DNA from: Candidatus Heimdallarchaeota archaeon
GTDB lineage: Archaea > Asgardarchaeota > Heimdallarchaeia > JABLTI01
DNA length: 42,579 bases
Assembly: GCA_019056785.1 (NCBI GenBank)
Contig: DXJV01000033.1
Coordinates: forward strand, 1 to 42,579
Direction: 5' to 3'
Shown: piece after piece, positions 9,458-20,110 of the stretch
Numbering within the stretch: the stretch's first letter is position 1
Layout: each line of letters starts with the position of its first letter
Made by a program: the position numbers and the translations under genes
Notes under the pieces: model-generated
The model's database searches: none
What the model was told of the DNA's origin: nothing
Seen by the model: only the letters and a program-made list of their open reading frames with translations

Positions 9458-9961
9458 TCATAGTTTAATTTCGCACTGCAAAGGCCCTCCGGCGCCTTCA
9501 TCACCACCTGGAGGGTCAAAGGCGAAACAATCACTTCCATATACGTAATAATTTGCGTAGTAAGGGAGATAGCAGGTCAATATAACTTGATACCACCCAG
9601 CTTCGCCAGCATGGTTATAGAAATAAATGGTTGGTGTTGCATATGTGTCTAAAACGCAAATGAATTGATAGAGATAATCATAGTAGTATCCTGAGGGGCA
9701 TTTCAAGGAGGCAAGGAAGTAAAAGTCTACAACTTTGTTCATACAGCAATACATGCCTTCATGTTCTACATTGAGTGTAAATTCGGCTGCAATATCATTC
9801 TCTATTCCATCAGCATCTGCTGCAAAATAATAAGCATTTGTAATTTCAATGGTAACTTGAAACACGCCATTAGAAACGACTGTACGTCCTTTTGCGAGGG
9901 AAAGCGGAGTAACCGCTAAAAAGGCTATGAAAGTCAAGAGAAGAATTTTTTTCATTCTCAT
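9458..9961 (-). CDS. Secreted beta-sandwich hypothetical protein
   Basis: Signal peptide MKKILLLTFIAFLAVTPLSLA, DADGIEND Ca-binding-like loop, Tyr/Cys-rich, FDPPGG near the C-terminus. Confidence 0.7.
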   Translation of the reverse strand: MRMKKILLLTFIAFLAVTPLSLAKGRTVVSNGVFQVTIEITNAYYFAADADGIENDIAAEFTLNVEHEGMYCCMNKVVDFYFLASLKCPSGYYYDYLYQFICVLDTYATPTIYFYNHAGEAGWYQVILTCYLPYYANYYVYGSDCFAFDPPGGDEGAGGPLQCEIKL

Positions 9962-10124
9962 TTTATTTCACTTGTTTCTTTTGGTATTTTGAAATTAAAA
10001 AGGTTTGGGCGACATGTAAATCTAAGCCCCGTCCTCTTTGACATCTGTTTCGAGGTAATATTATCCTCATATTGTCCTCATGAACTCAAAGCTTTTAATG
10101 GAAAAGTGGTAATCTATCCTCCGG

Positions 10125-10778
10125 TTGGAACATATCATGGACTCAGCATACGGCGATTCAATAGTTGAACCAATAGAACCTATTATCGACCTTTTTTTCC
10201 AATTAACAGAAGCTCAATTAAAAAAACAATACCCGCTTCCAGAAGCAGAACGTATAAACACTTCTTTCCAATTAGTTTTTCAGCGCTTATTGGCAAAATA
10301 TAGTGATAATTCTAACATCCTCAAAAACGATGCTATTAACCCTATCTTTCTTATTGCCTTGCATGAATCGCAACAACTTACCCATGATGAGTTAGTAGAA
10401 CAAATGCTGGCAATATATCGGGAGATGCTTACAGAGATACTTCTTTCGCAAGCAATTATGCTTTCCACAAGTGAGGACCCTTGGAGAACTTTTGTCGAGA
10501 CAACAAAAGCTACCAATAAAGAGCTTTACGAAAACGACTTTTTCCGTTGTAAAACAGTTATTGACCAGGAGCAAGAGTTTGGCTTTGACATTCACCGGTG
10601 TGTTTATTTTGAAGTGTTCAAAGAAGAAGGTTATCTTGAACTTGCCCCCCTTTTATGCCAATATGATTTTATTCTTGCTGAGAGTATTTCTGATTGGGTG
10701 GAATTCCAACGCGATGAGACTATTGCTGAAGGATTCAATCGCTGCACTTTTCGGTATTTCAAAAAGTCTTCGGGATGA
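10125..10778 (+). CDS. L-2-amino-thiazoline-4-carboxylic acid hydrolase family (V4R-like) protein
   Basis: FDIHRCVY...ELAPLLCQYD...FQRDETIAEGFNRCTFRY three-Cys signature. Confidence 0.8.
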   Translation: MEHIMDSAYGDSIVEPIEPIIDLFFQLTEAQLKKQYPLPEAERINTSFQLVFQRLLAKYSDNSNILKNDAINPIFLIALHESQQLTHDELVEQMLAIYREMLTEILLSQAIMLSTSEDPWRTFVETTKATNKELYENDFFRCKTVIDQEQEFGFDIHRCVYFEVFKEEGYLELAPLLCQYDFILAESISDWVEFQRDETIAEGFNRCTFRYFKKSSG

Positions 10779-10950
10779 TGCGTGAGTTTTTGGTTTTACA
10801 AGGGATTGTTCGACTCTCGCTTCCATCATAAATGCTCTTCCCAGTTCGTTTTAAGGAATAGCTATTTGTAATAAATAACAGTCTATTGCTCAAAACTATT
10901 CTTTTATATAATAAGTTGAGATTTACAACTAAGTAGAGGAGTTTTTCTCT

Positions 10951-12339
10951 TTGAAAAAGCACAAATTAGCTTCCTTTTCTATTCTGAGTATACTCATTCT
11001 TTTTCAAGTTCTTTTTTTTACCGGCAGTTTAAATGATTTTACAGATGTAGTCTCTTTAGAGATACAAAAAACTGCCCATGTTTTATGGGAGAAAAGTTAC
11101 CCCAGGGCCTATAAGGATGCCGCTTCATCGATTGTAAAGGATCCAAATGGGGGATATATTATCTCGGGTTTTACAAACTCGAGTGGGAAAGGAAATTATG
11201 ACATTCTCATCCTTAAAATTGCCGCTAATGGTAGTTATCTTTGGAACAAAACCTATGGGGCTGAAGAAGAAGATATCGGTTATGAAATCATCAATTGTCG
11301 ACTTGGAGGGTTTGCTCTTGCATCAACTTTTACTAATACCTCTGTTGCTGTAACTAATAGTGACTTTCTTATCACCAAACTATCCCCAACAGCACATGTT
11401 CTCTGGAACCATTCCTATAGCGGCCCGAATCAAGACGACATTTCTAGTTGGGTTGGTGATGAAGGTTTCTCAATTGCAGAATGTTCTAATGATGACTTGA
11501 TTGCTGCTGGTGTAACTCGTGGGCCGTTTAATGATAATGATATTTGGTTAATGCGTTTGTTGCCCACAGGGAGAAGGCTCTGGCAACAAACTTATCATAA
11601 AAAGGATATTGATCGTTGCTTTTCCCCCCATTCCGTTCTCCAATGCCAGGATGGTGGATTTGCTGTAGTAGGCTATACGTATAACATTACAGACTCTAAT
11701 CAAGTGTGGTTAATCAAAGTAGACTCAAATGGAAATGAACTCTGGAATAGGACCTTCGGTGATACAATAGGCTTTCAAAGACCAGCTGCGCTTGTGGAAT
11801 GTAATGACGGCGGTTTTGGAATCTTGGCGACCACGAAATCATTTGGTGCTGGCGATTCAGATATTTGGTTGATACGAACAAATGCTTTCGGCCAACAGCT
11901 CTGGAATAAAACTTTTGGTGGGCCTGAGTTTGATGGCGCTACTTATCTTCAAGAAATGTTAGATGGTGGTTTCGCAGTTTTAGGCTCCACACATAACTTT
12001 GGAGCAGAACAAGGTGATGCTTGGCTTTTACGAACAGATAGTAATGGGGACCTCTCATGGAATTTTACTTTTGGAGACATGTTTGGCAACAGTGGCGCAG
12101 CATTTATCTTTGAGGGTGATAATACTTTTACTATCGCTGGCAGTACAAATGCTGAAGGAGAGCCTTTTAGTGATATCTGGGCTCTCAAAGTAAGGATTAA
12201 TATTTCAACCATAACGACAACTCCTTCCTCTCCAACTGAAACAAGCTCGGCTTTTACAATTGTTTTTGTAGTCCCTTTCATTATTGTTATGGGAATGCTG
12301 CGTCGAACAAAGCTTTCTTCAAAAAAAGTTAGAAAGTAA
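10951..12339 (+). CDS. Secreted beta-propeller repeat protein with Thr/Ser linker and C-terminal TM anchor
   Basis: About 7 repeats of WnkTfG...DGGf...G.T...D.Wl.k.d.nG. Signal peptide, TTTPSSPTETSS linker, TM and basic tail. Confidence 0.8.
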   Translation: MKKHKLASFSILSILILFQVLFFTGSLNDFTDVVSLEIQKTAHVLWEKSYPRAYKDAASSIVKDPNGGYIISGFTNSSGKGNYDILILKIAANGSYLWNKTYGAEEEDIGYEIINCRLGGFALASTFTNTSVAVTNSDFLITKLSPTAHVLWNHSYSGPNQDDISSWVGDEGFSIAECSNDDLIAAGVTRGPFNDNDIWLMRLLPTGRRLWQQTYHKKDIDRCFSPHSVLQCQDGGFAVVGYTYNITDSNQVWLIKVDSNGNELWNRTFGDTIGFQRPAALVECNDGGFGILATTKSFGAGDSDIWLIRTNAFGQQLWNKTFGGPEFDGATYLQEMLDGGFAVLGSTHNFGAEQGDAWLLRTDSNGDLSWNFTFGDMFGNSGAAFIFEGDNTFTIAGSTNAEGEPFSDIWALKVRINISTITTTPSSPTETSSAFTIVFVVPFIIVMGMLRRTKLSSKKVRK

Positions 12340-12475
12340 GCCTTTTTTTGAAAAAAGTTTTTAAAAAAACAAGGTAGATGTTGTCATGAGTGAGAGTCAA
12401 TAGAGTGGATAGTATTACCAGTAAAAGAACTATTAGAAATAGAAGTGTCTCTTTTCCCTGAGAAAAGGCGGAAAA

Positions 12476-12505
12476 AAGACGGGGAACATTTTTTCACCCC
12501 GTCTT
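12476..12505. other. Intergenic 9-bp perfect hairpin (AAGACGGGG / CCCCGTCTT)
   Basis: GC-rich inverted repeat with a 12-nt loop in AT-rich intergenic DNA. Possible terminator or regulatory RNA. Confidence 0.4.
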
Positions 12506-12625
12506 CATTTTATAACGGTTATTTTTCTCAAATGTTCTTGATACAAGGCTAATTCTTTCGGTATTGGCATGTTTTTAAAGTGAGATTAAGATACTCTGTT
12601 GCTTCTTAAAGGTGCTTGAAAGTAA

Positions 12626-13051
12626 ATGGTGAACGAACTGAACTTGTTGCAAAAAAAATGCACTAAGCCGTCTAAAGTCGAAGAACTCTCAGCATTTGAA
12701 ATGAAATTTCTTCAAGGTTTTTATAGACTTTTAGAAGGAGATTGCACAGAAGCTGTGAGATTATTTAGCAAAGCTTTCAGCTATAAACCTCGAGAGAATA
12801 GCTTTTACAAAATTGCCGGGACAATTTACTCCCATCAAGGAAAACGGAAAGAAGCAGAAGAAAGTTTCCGAAAAGCAATATTGATACAGTCAAAAGGTGT
12901 TGTCTCAACTCAAAAGCATTCTGTTTCAGCAATTTCACCTGACTTGCCATCTCACACACGGACCTTGAAAAAAAGGAAGCCAGATCTTTTACAGGTGCTT
13001 TCAAGAACACCTTTAATTAAGCGGCAAAAAGATTCCTCTAAAGAGGTTTAA
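12626..13051 (+). CDS. Small TPR protein
   Basis: [18 protein letters not shown]...[22 protein letters not shown]. Confidence 0.7.
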   Translation: MVNELNLLQKKCTKPSKVEELSAFEMKFLQGFYRLLEGDCTEAVRLFSKAFSYKPRENSFYKIAGTIYSHQGKRKEAEESFRKAILIQSKGVVSTQKHSVSAISPDLPSHTRTLKKRKPDLLQVLSRTPLIKRQKDSSKEV

Positions 13052-13094
13052 GTAAAGTCCCTTTTAGAGCTGTATTTGGGAGAAGCCCTTCGCC

Positions 13095-14297
13095 TTACTT
13101 TTTAAGACGTTTAATGAGTGCGTCTCGAATTCTATTGAGCGCTTCTTTTAAAATTTCTCGTGGGCAAGCAATATTGATTCTTTGGAATCCTGCACCTGAC
13201 TCACCAAACATTGCCCCATCGTCAAGCCCTACTTTTGCTTCTTCTTTTATGATTCGGTCTAATTCTTTTGCTCCAATGCCTAAAGGCCGAAAGTCTACCC
13301 ATGGTAAGTATGTTCCCTCGAGGGGGAGAACATAACAATTTGGGAAGTTTATTGCAAAGAAATCCTTCAAAAAGCAATAATTGTCCCAAATATAAGCAAG
13401 CACTTCGTTTAGCCAATTTTCACAGCTGTTATAAGCGGTCTCTGTTGCAACCAAAGCAAAAATTGATGGTGAAGCGATTGAAATATTGGTAAGAGCCGTT
13501 GTGAAATCCTCTCGTAGAGTGGGATTTGGAATAATAACATTGCTCGACTTTAAGCCAGCAATATTAAATGTTTTTGTGGGAGCAACACATGTGAAACTTC
13601 TCTTAGCAAATTCCAGTGAAATTGAAGCAAAAGGAATGTGTTTATAATTGTTAAAAGTGATGTCACAGTGAATTTCATCTGAAATAACAAGTACGTTGTT
13701 TTCCATACAGATCTCTCCCAACTGTTTCAGTTCCTCTGTTTTCCAAACCCTGGCAACGGGATTGTGAGGAGAACAAAGAATAAGTAACTTTGTTCGTGGC
13801 ATAGCGCATTTCTCTTTGAGGTCTTTAAAGTCAATTTGATAGCTCCCCCCAGAAAAGAGCAACTCATTGTTTAAGACTTCTCTCCCATTATTTTTAATTG
13901 TTCTAGCAAATGGATAATAGACTGGTTCTTGTATAATAACCCCATCGCCGGGCTTGCTGAAAGTCTGTATAATCACATTAATGGCTGTGACCACACCCGG
14001 TGCAAATTGCAACCATTCTTTCTCAATCGACCAACCATGCCTTTGCTTAAACCAGTTAATGATGGCTTGATAATAAGATTCAGATGGAATAGTGTAGCCA
14101 AAAATACCATGCTCTACGCGTTTTTTAAGTGCCTGGAGAAGAACTTCAGGTGCTCGAAAGTCCATGTCTGCCACCCAGAGTGGAAGGAGGTCGCCAACAC
14201 CAAAGTATTCTTCCATGAACTTCGCATCCCATTTAATCGCATCTGTGCCTTCTCGCGTAATTAGTTCATCAAAATTATATCTGTTCTTTTTTGGCAT
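13095..14297 (-). CDS. patB: MalY/PatB family PLP-dependent cystathionine beta-lyase
   Basis: LPLWVADMDF, HGIFGY, LCSPHNP, ISDEIH, APTKTFN (PLP lysine), GFQRINIACP. ATG at 14297 preferred as start. Confidence 0.92.
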   Translation of the reverse strand: MPKKNRYNFDELITREGTDAIKWDAKFMEEYFGVGDLLPLWVADMDFRAPEVLLQALKKRVEHGIFGYTIPSESYYQAIINWFKQRHGWSIEKEWLQFAPGVVTAINVIIQTFSKPGDGVIIQEPVYYPFARTIKNNGREVLNNELLFSGGSYQIDFKDLKEKCAMPRTKLLILCSPHNPVARVWKTEELKQLGEICMENNVLVISDEIHCDITFNNYKHIPFASISLEFAKRSFTCVAPTKTFNIAGLKSSNVIIPNPTLREDFTTALTNISIASPSIFALVATETAYNSCENWLNEVLAYIWDNYCFLKDFFAINFPNCYVLPLEGTYLPWVDFRPLGIGAKELDRIIKEEAKVGLDDGAMFGESGAGFQRINIACPREILKEALNRIRDALIKRLKK

Positions 14298-14407
14298 GGT
14301 AAAAACCACATTTTTTAGTGTAATATCTTTAAACAAGGTAAATACAATTAAAAAGAATTATTCTCAAATATTTGTATCTAATGTTGTTTTTCTAAAAAAA
14401 GCAATCT

Positions 14408-15280
14408 GTGATTATAATGGAAGTATCAGTAATAAATCTCTATAATGATATAGCCCCACCTGGCAAAGGTTTTATAGCTGATCATGGGCAGTCTTTTTAC
14501 TTTGCCGCTGAGAGCTTCAAAGTGCTCTTTGATACGGGTACAAATGGGAAGACCCTCCTTCACAATATGGAGATTGCAGGTGTTGATCCAAACACAATTG
14601 AAACGGTAGTTCTTTCGCATGGGCATTATGATCATACGGGGGGTTTGCGTGAACTTCTAAAAAAACGCATAACCGAGCATCCATTAAAGATCATTGCCCA
14701 TCCAGATGTGTACTCAAAAAAAGTTAGAAGAAAGAAGAAATGGTTCCATGAAATGTTCCAAGATATTGGCTTTCCACCAATGCCCGAGGCATTGACCAGA
14801 AAAGTTTCCTTCACTTTTACTCGAGACTTTTATGCAATAAACAATGTTCTTTTTGTAACAGGCGAAATAACAGAACGACCATACAAAGCCGGAATCTCTG
14901 AATATCATTTTACTAAGCAAAGTGATAAATGGTTGCTAGATAAAATGAAGGATGATATGAGTTTAATTTTGAAAACAAAAGAAGGATTAGTGGTGTTTTG
15001 TGGGTGTTGCCATGCGGGCTTGTTGAATACTTTGGGCGCAATAAGGAAGCACTTCCCGGAAGAAAAGTTTCAAGCAATCGTTGGGGGAACACATATGTAC
15101 CAGTTCACAAGAGCAGAGGTTGCTCTTGTTGCTAAAAAGCTTGAGGAATCTTTTGACAAACCAAAATTATTTTTTAACCATTGCAGCGGGTTAAATACCA
15201 TTGAACTTCTCAAAGAACTCTATAGCGAAAAGCTGGTAAGTGATTGCCTTATTGGTTCAAAATTCGTTTATGACTGCTAG
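14408..15280 (+). CDS. MBL-fold metallo-hydrolase (MJ0301-like family)
   Basis: DHGQS, LFDTG, SHGHYDHTGG, GCCHAG, GGTH, NHCSG. Confidence 0.88.
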   Translation: MIIMEVSVINLYNDIAPPGKGFIADHGQSFYFAAESFKVLFDTGTNGKTLLHNMEIAGVDPNTIETVVLSHGHYDHTGGLRELLKKRITEHPLKIIAHPDVYSKKVRRKKKWFHEMFQDIGFPPMPEALTRKVSFTFTRDFYAINNVLFVTGEITERPYKAGISEYHFTKQSDKWLLDKMKDDMSLILKTKEGLVVFCGCCHAGLLNTLGAIRKHFPEEKFQAIVGGTHMYQFTRAEVALVAKKLEESFDKPKLFFNHCSGLNTIELLKELYSEKLVSDCLIGSKFVYDC

Positions 15281-15686
15281 AGGAATTTCTATTATTTTAA
15301 CTTTAAAAAAAAGAAATTTAATGGCAAGTGAGTATAGAAAAAACTACTGAGCTGAAGCCTCCAGGTTGTGCTAAAGAATTTAATAACAAGCTGCTTTTGT
15401 AAAATGCTGTTCGACAATACTAGAGATTCTTTTAATACCATTTACAAACTTAATTAATTTCTTAAACACTCGGTTGAGAATTAACCATTGCTTTATCCCT
15501 GCTATAATTGTGTAAAAAACTTAGTGTGTTGTTCAATAAGAGAAAGAGAAGAAAATTTCTCCGGCTTTTTTGGGCTTAAATTTCACATTCTTCTTTTTCA
15601 TTCCAGAACTATATGAACACCTTTCGTTGAAATTCCAAATGGAATAAATTATAAGGCAATTTGTTCCTAAATTATTTGTGAGTTAA

Positions 15687-17014
15687 TTGAAAGGGAAGCA
15701 GAAATTACTCCTCCTTATTCTCTTTACAAGCCTTATATTGACGGTATTAAATAGTCCATCTACTCCTCAAACACAGGCTTATCCGAGTTCTTATCCTTTT
15801 GGTATGCATTCTCGTCTAATTGTCCAATCAATTAATTGCCTTTATCTTGATAGTGAAAACGAGAGTGGCTATCTTTTTTAATGCTACTCTGAACTCCGCG
15901 ATTCGGAGCAGAATTATTTTGAAATGCTCAGTAGAGCCCAAGTCGCATATGACTTAAGTTTTCTCTTAAAGAAGGGCCACTATTGGGATCCAAATAGAAA
16001 GAGAGGCTATTTGGGTGATTTAGGTGCACCTTATCACGCACGTGAGCATTTTACTGCTGCAGTAAATTTCTATCTTGGGCTTGAGGGAGTAGTTCTTAAC
16101 AAATCGCATGCATACTATGAACTTGGTCATGTTATCCATCTCATTCAAGACCTGACTGTCCCCTTCCATGCTCATAATGATGCCTTCGAGCCACACACTA
16201 CGTATGAAGATTATTGTTATAGGCTCTTAAGTGATGACCAATTCATTTTAACGACCTCCGGGAATTATAGCGTGCAAAGAGATTAGCAAGGAAAGATAAA
16301 TGCTAGGGTTGGGTTCATCAAGCGGCATTGCTCGCCTATCCATATTATTGCCCTATCAAAAGCAATCAAACAGATGCTTGCTGGTATTCTATCGCTCAAA
16401 AGCTCATTAATACTGCTATTAGTCTTGTGGCTGGCATTCTCTTTTATTTTTGGCAATACGTACATGACATTGATTTTGATCAGGATGGATTAAATGCCAC
16501 TGCGGAGCAATATTACAATACTGATTATAGGTCAAATGACACAGATAGAGATCTGCTATTAGATTATGAGGAGACAGTTCCGGGGGCAGATGGTTTCATT
16601 ACTGACCCAACATCAAGTGATACTGATCAAGATGGTTATTCAGACTATGCAGAAATTTTCGACTATTTTACCAATCCAACAGATAAATTCGATAATCCTT
16701 ATTACTTGGTCCCCTTAAATTGTCGCAAGTTTGTTGGCTTAAGCAATAAACGAAACTCTGTCCATTTTTATTGGTTACAACCATTGAATTTTCTACCCGG
16801 TTGGTATTACAAAATTTTCCTCGTTCAAGAACAGCAAGCACCACTTCTTATTTATAATGGAACAAACCGGTATTTTACTTTTAATCCACCTAGCGAGGAT
16901 AGCTTTTATTCCTTCAGATTATATTGTTACAAAAATGAAGTTACTCACGGGATATATTTACAATGGTCAGGTGGCCTTACTAGTGTCCATCCACAAACAG
17001 ATGTTCATAGTTAA
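15687..17014 (+). pseudogene. Disrupted secreted Zn-dependent phospholipase C-family protein with DxDxDG Ca-binding repeats and FN3-like tail
   Basis: Signal peptide. In-frame TAA at 15879, LGHVIHLIQDLTVPFHA...HTTYEDY Zn-PLC motif, in-frame TAG at 16284, frameshift near 16305 into GWVHQAA, then DFDQDG/DTDRDL/DTDQDG repeats. Confidence 0.8.
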
Positions 17015-17940
17015 TGACTAGTTTGATAAGCAACCAAACAATTTCTGAGTTGTTTCTGTCTTTTTCTCCTTTCAAAAAGCTCTTAAGTGAGGAAAAGAAC
17101 TTCAACGATTACCAACAATTGAGGTTGAATGCATTGGATATTTCTAACTATCCTTCTGAGGAAAAGCAATATACTTTAGATAGTGATGTTGTTATTAGCT
17201 ATTTATTTTCCGAGGGTCCAAAAGATTTGACAGTTCTTTTTCTTCACGGTTTAGGCTCCTCAAAAAGTTGTTTTCTCGAGGCGTTTAATTTCGAAGAACT
17301 CAAGAGTTACAAGCTTTTATTACCTGATTTGATTGGGCATGGGCATTCCAGTACTCCTAAAGATTTCTCATATTCAATGCAAGAACAAGCTACCTGTCTG
17401 AAACAATTATTGGACAATTTGCCCCTTTCTGAAGACATTGTTATTGTCGCACATTCGATGGGAGGACCCATTGGGATCTATCTTGCTAAGCAATTAAAGA
17501 ATAGAGTTATTGGTTTAATTTTTGTGGAAGGAAATCTTGATGTTAGAGATTGTTTTTTCTCAAAGAAAATAATCAGTGAATATGGCCTCGAATTATGGGA
17601 AAAGAATGGTTTTCGAAAATTTTTATCGAAGATGGAAGAAGACCCTGCATTTGCAAATTATCTTCCTACTTTCAAACAAGCTGGTCCTTTGGTTATTTAC
17701 AAATCAGCAGAAGCGCTTGTGTGGTCTTCAAGTTATGACCAGCTGATCTACCAGCTTGTTGAATTATCGGTCCCAACTCTTGCTATTTTTGGCGAAAGAA
17801 ATAAGGGATTATTCTTTTCCGAGAAAAAATTGCTTGAGTATTTTCCGGTTGTTTATATTCCCGAAGCGAGTCATAATATGATGCATGAGAATTCAGCCAA
17901 ATTCTATGATGTCATTATTGACTTTCTCGCTCAATTTTAA
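17014..17940 (+). CDS. Alpha/beta-fold hydrolase
   Basis: FLHGLG, PDLIGHGHS, AHSMGG, ASHNMMHE. Confidence 0.88.
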   Translation: MTSLISNQTISELFLSFSPFKKLLSEEKNFNDYQQLRLNALDISNYPSEEKQYTLDSDVVISYLFSEGPKDLTVLFLHGLGSSKSCFLEAFNFEELKSYKLLLPDLIGHGHSSTPKDFSYSMQEQATCLKQLLDNLPLSEDIVIVAHSMGGPIGIYLAKQLKNRVIGLIFVEGNLDVRDCFFSKKIISEYGLELWEKNGFRKFLSKMEEDPAFANYLPTFKQAGPLVIYKSAEALVWSSSYDQLIYQLVELSVPTLAIFGERNKGLFFSEKKLLEYFPVVYIPEASHNMMHENSAKFYDVIIDFLAQF

Positions 17941-18001
17941 TTACTCATCTCAAAAAAGTCATTGTTATTTGTGAATCGCTAGTAGCTTTTTCTACTGTAG
18001 C

Positions 18002-18493
18002 CTATTTTCTGGCCTTTCGTTTCATTTCTTTGGCCCATTTTTTAGCATCACTTATAGCTTTTTCAGTGTCGTTTTTCAAAGGTTCAATAAATTCTCTTTT
18101 TCCTAAGATTTCATTTCCTTCTAAAATTTGCTCCAAGTCTTTTAATACTCCTTTGCCTGAGCTTGCACAGCAACAAAAGAGGCAGATTTTCTTGTTTTTT
18201 ATAGGGATAGTTTCAAGAAAAGACCTTACCACAGGATTGAGATTCCAGGCCCAGACAGGCGTACCAAGGAAAATCAAATCAAAATTATTAATATCAATTT
18301 TTGGTTCCTCAATTTCGATTTTTCGTTTTGTTATTGATTGAAAACCACCACGAAAATACAACAAAAATCCCGTTGATTTGATTTCCTTTTTTGGTTTTAT
18401 TGCTAAGAGCTCGCTTTTTGTTTCTTTTGCGATTGTTTCGGCAATAAGTTTTGTATTACCGGTTTTAGAGTAATAAATTGTTAGTGTGCGCAT
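18002..18493 (-). CDS. Flavodoxin family protein
   Basis: YYSKTGNTK FMN loop and LGTPVWA. ATG start at MRTLTIYYS. Confidence 0.88.
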   Translation of the reverse strand: MRTLTIYYSKTGNTKLIAETIAKETKSELLAIKPKKEIKSTGFLLYFRGGFQSITKRKIEIEEPKIDINNFDLIFLGTPVWAWNLNPVVRSFLETIPIKNKKICLFCCCASSGKGVLKDLEQILEGNEILGKREFIEPLKNDTEKAISDAKKWAKEMKRKARK

Positions 18494-18596
18494 ACCTTTA
18501 ATTTTACTATCGCCTTCATAAATCTTTTTTTTCAAAAACCTTTTTAGAATTTAAAAGGTTAAAAATAACAATTGCCTAACTAGGATTTTACATTCG

Positions 18597-19958
18597 ATGC
18601 ATGCTCTTTCAATTGCTTTTCTTATAGTGGCGCTTCTTTTAGCGATCGTTTTCGTTTTTATATCCCTTTCTTTTTTGGGTTTGTTTCTGTCAGAATTAGG
18701 TTTGTGGATTTTTTGGGTGCCACTTATTTTTATAATTATAAGCATTCCCTTTTTAATCAACTATGCTCTCTTGCATCCCCAAACGGATTTCTTTCTGCTT
18801 CTCACAAGCACAATCATTAATCTTTTTGTTTTTATGAAATTGCTCTCACCCTTTTTTAAAGTTGTTAGAACAAATAAACGAATCAAGAAGCAGTTTTGTA
18901 AGGTTTTAGGTGATGATTACTTGCTTTTTGTTGCTCCGGAGACAAGAACAAGTCTCTTGAAAAATATACGTTTTAAATTTTCTCTCTGTTTTTCCGGAAT
19001 TATGTTTAAACGATTTAACAAAGAAATAATTTCTTTGAATGATCTCCCCTATCGCACTATTGATAACCGAACTTTGAAAATGAATGTCCTCCACCCTAAA
19101 AAGAAGGGGCGCTACCCCATTTTGATTTACTTCCATGGTGGCGGGTGGATTCGTGGTTCAAAGGATCGCCATCTTGAAACGAGAATTTTAAAGCGTCTCG
19201 CGCTACGGGGATACACGATTTTCAATGTTGAGTATCGCCTGGCGCCGCAGCCCACCCTTTCAACATTAACTAAAATCCCGCATGATAAACCAACTATCAG
19301 ACAGATGGTTTCCGACATTCGAGCAGCAATCCTTTTTGTGAAACGGCACTCAGAGGAATATTTTGGCGACCGTGAGAACCTATTCCTCTTCGGCAGGTCA
19401 GCCGGTGCTCATTTGGCTCTTCTTACAACTTTTAGTTGTGAGGAAAAATTCTTTGCAATGGAGAATATTTACTGTAGCTTTGATGATGCTTCTGTTGCGG
19501 GTGTGATTGCTTTTTATCCAATCACCGATGTCACTGAACTCTACTCTTTCTATCAAAAGGAGGTCAACCCAATTTTAAAGCAAGCCATCTATCGTGGCAC
19601 AGCAGGGACGTTTGACGAAACAAAAAACCTCTTCAAAATCTTTTCACCGATAAGTTATCTCTCAACTGTTGCTGCTAACAACATCCCACCCATTTTCCTT
19701 GCTGCAGGGAAAAAGGATCGAATAGTTGATGCTTACCAATCTGAGGAACTTCACAAGGATTTACAAGAACGTGGCATTACAAGTATCTATATAGAATTAC
19801 CTTGGGCAAATCATGGATTTGATATTGTAATCAATGGTCCGGGCGGGCAGTTAGTTTTTCAGTACATGCATCAATTCTTACAATGGATCGTTAATACAAA
19901 ACGCTTTCAAGTATTACTGGGCAGGCTGAACAATCTGGCATTGAGTCGTTTTTGGTAG
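18597..19958 (+). CDS. Membrane-anchored HSL-family esterase/lipase, paralog 1 (C-terminal tail probably frameshifted)
   Basis: Three N-terminal TM helices, FHGGGW, EYRLAP, GRSAGAHLA, KDRIV, WANHGFD. Confidence 0.88.
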   Translation: MHALSIAFLIVALLLAIVFVFISLSFLGLFLSELGLWIFWVPLIFIIISIPFLINYALLHPQTDFFLLLTSTIINLFVFMKLLSPFFKVVRTNKRIKKQFCKVLGDDYLLFVAPETRTSLLKNIRFKFSLCFSGIMFKRFNKEIISLNDLPYRTIDNRTLKMNVLHPKKKGRYPILIYFHGGGWIRGSKDRHLETRILKRLALRGYTIFNVEYRLAPQPTLSTLTKIPHDKPTIRQMVSDIRAAILFVKRHSEEYFGDRENLFLFGRSAGAHLALLTTFSCEEKFFAMENIYCSFDDASVAGVIAFYPITDVTELYSFYQKEVNPILKQAIYRGTAGTFDETKNLFKIFSPISYLSTVAANNIPPIFLAAGKKDRIVDAYQSEELHKDLQERGITSIYIELPWANHGFDIVINGPGGQLVFQYMHQFLQWIVNTKRFQVLLGRLNNLALSRFW

Positions 19959-20110
19959 TTAAACACAAAAAACTTTTGCTACCGCGGCTTGTGAAAGGTG
20001 AAACAATTGAGTGGCTTCTTAATTTCTTGCAAAAAGAGTGTTTGCGAGAAAAAGGCAATATTAATGATTAAGCTTATAATCTTTTAATATTTAATTGTTA
20101 GAAGTAGAGC

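Noticed and set aside
5910-17014. PLAT gene plus Zn-PLC gene as a split alpha-toxin
   Set aside because: They are about 9 kb apart on opposite strands, PLAT lacks a signal peptide while PLC has one, and PLC is a pseudogene.
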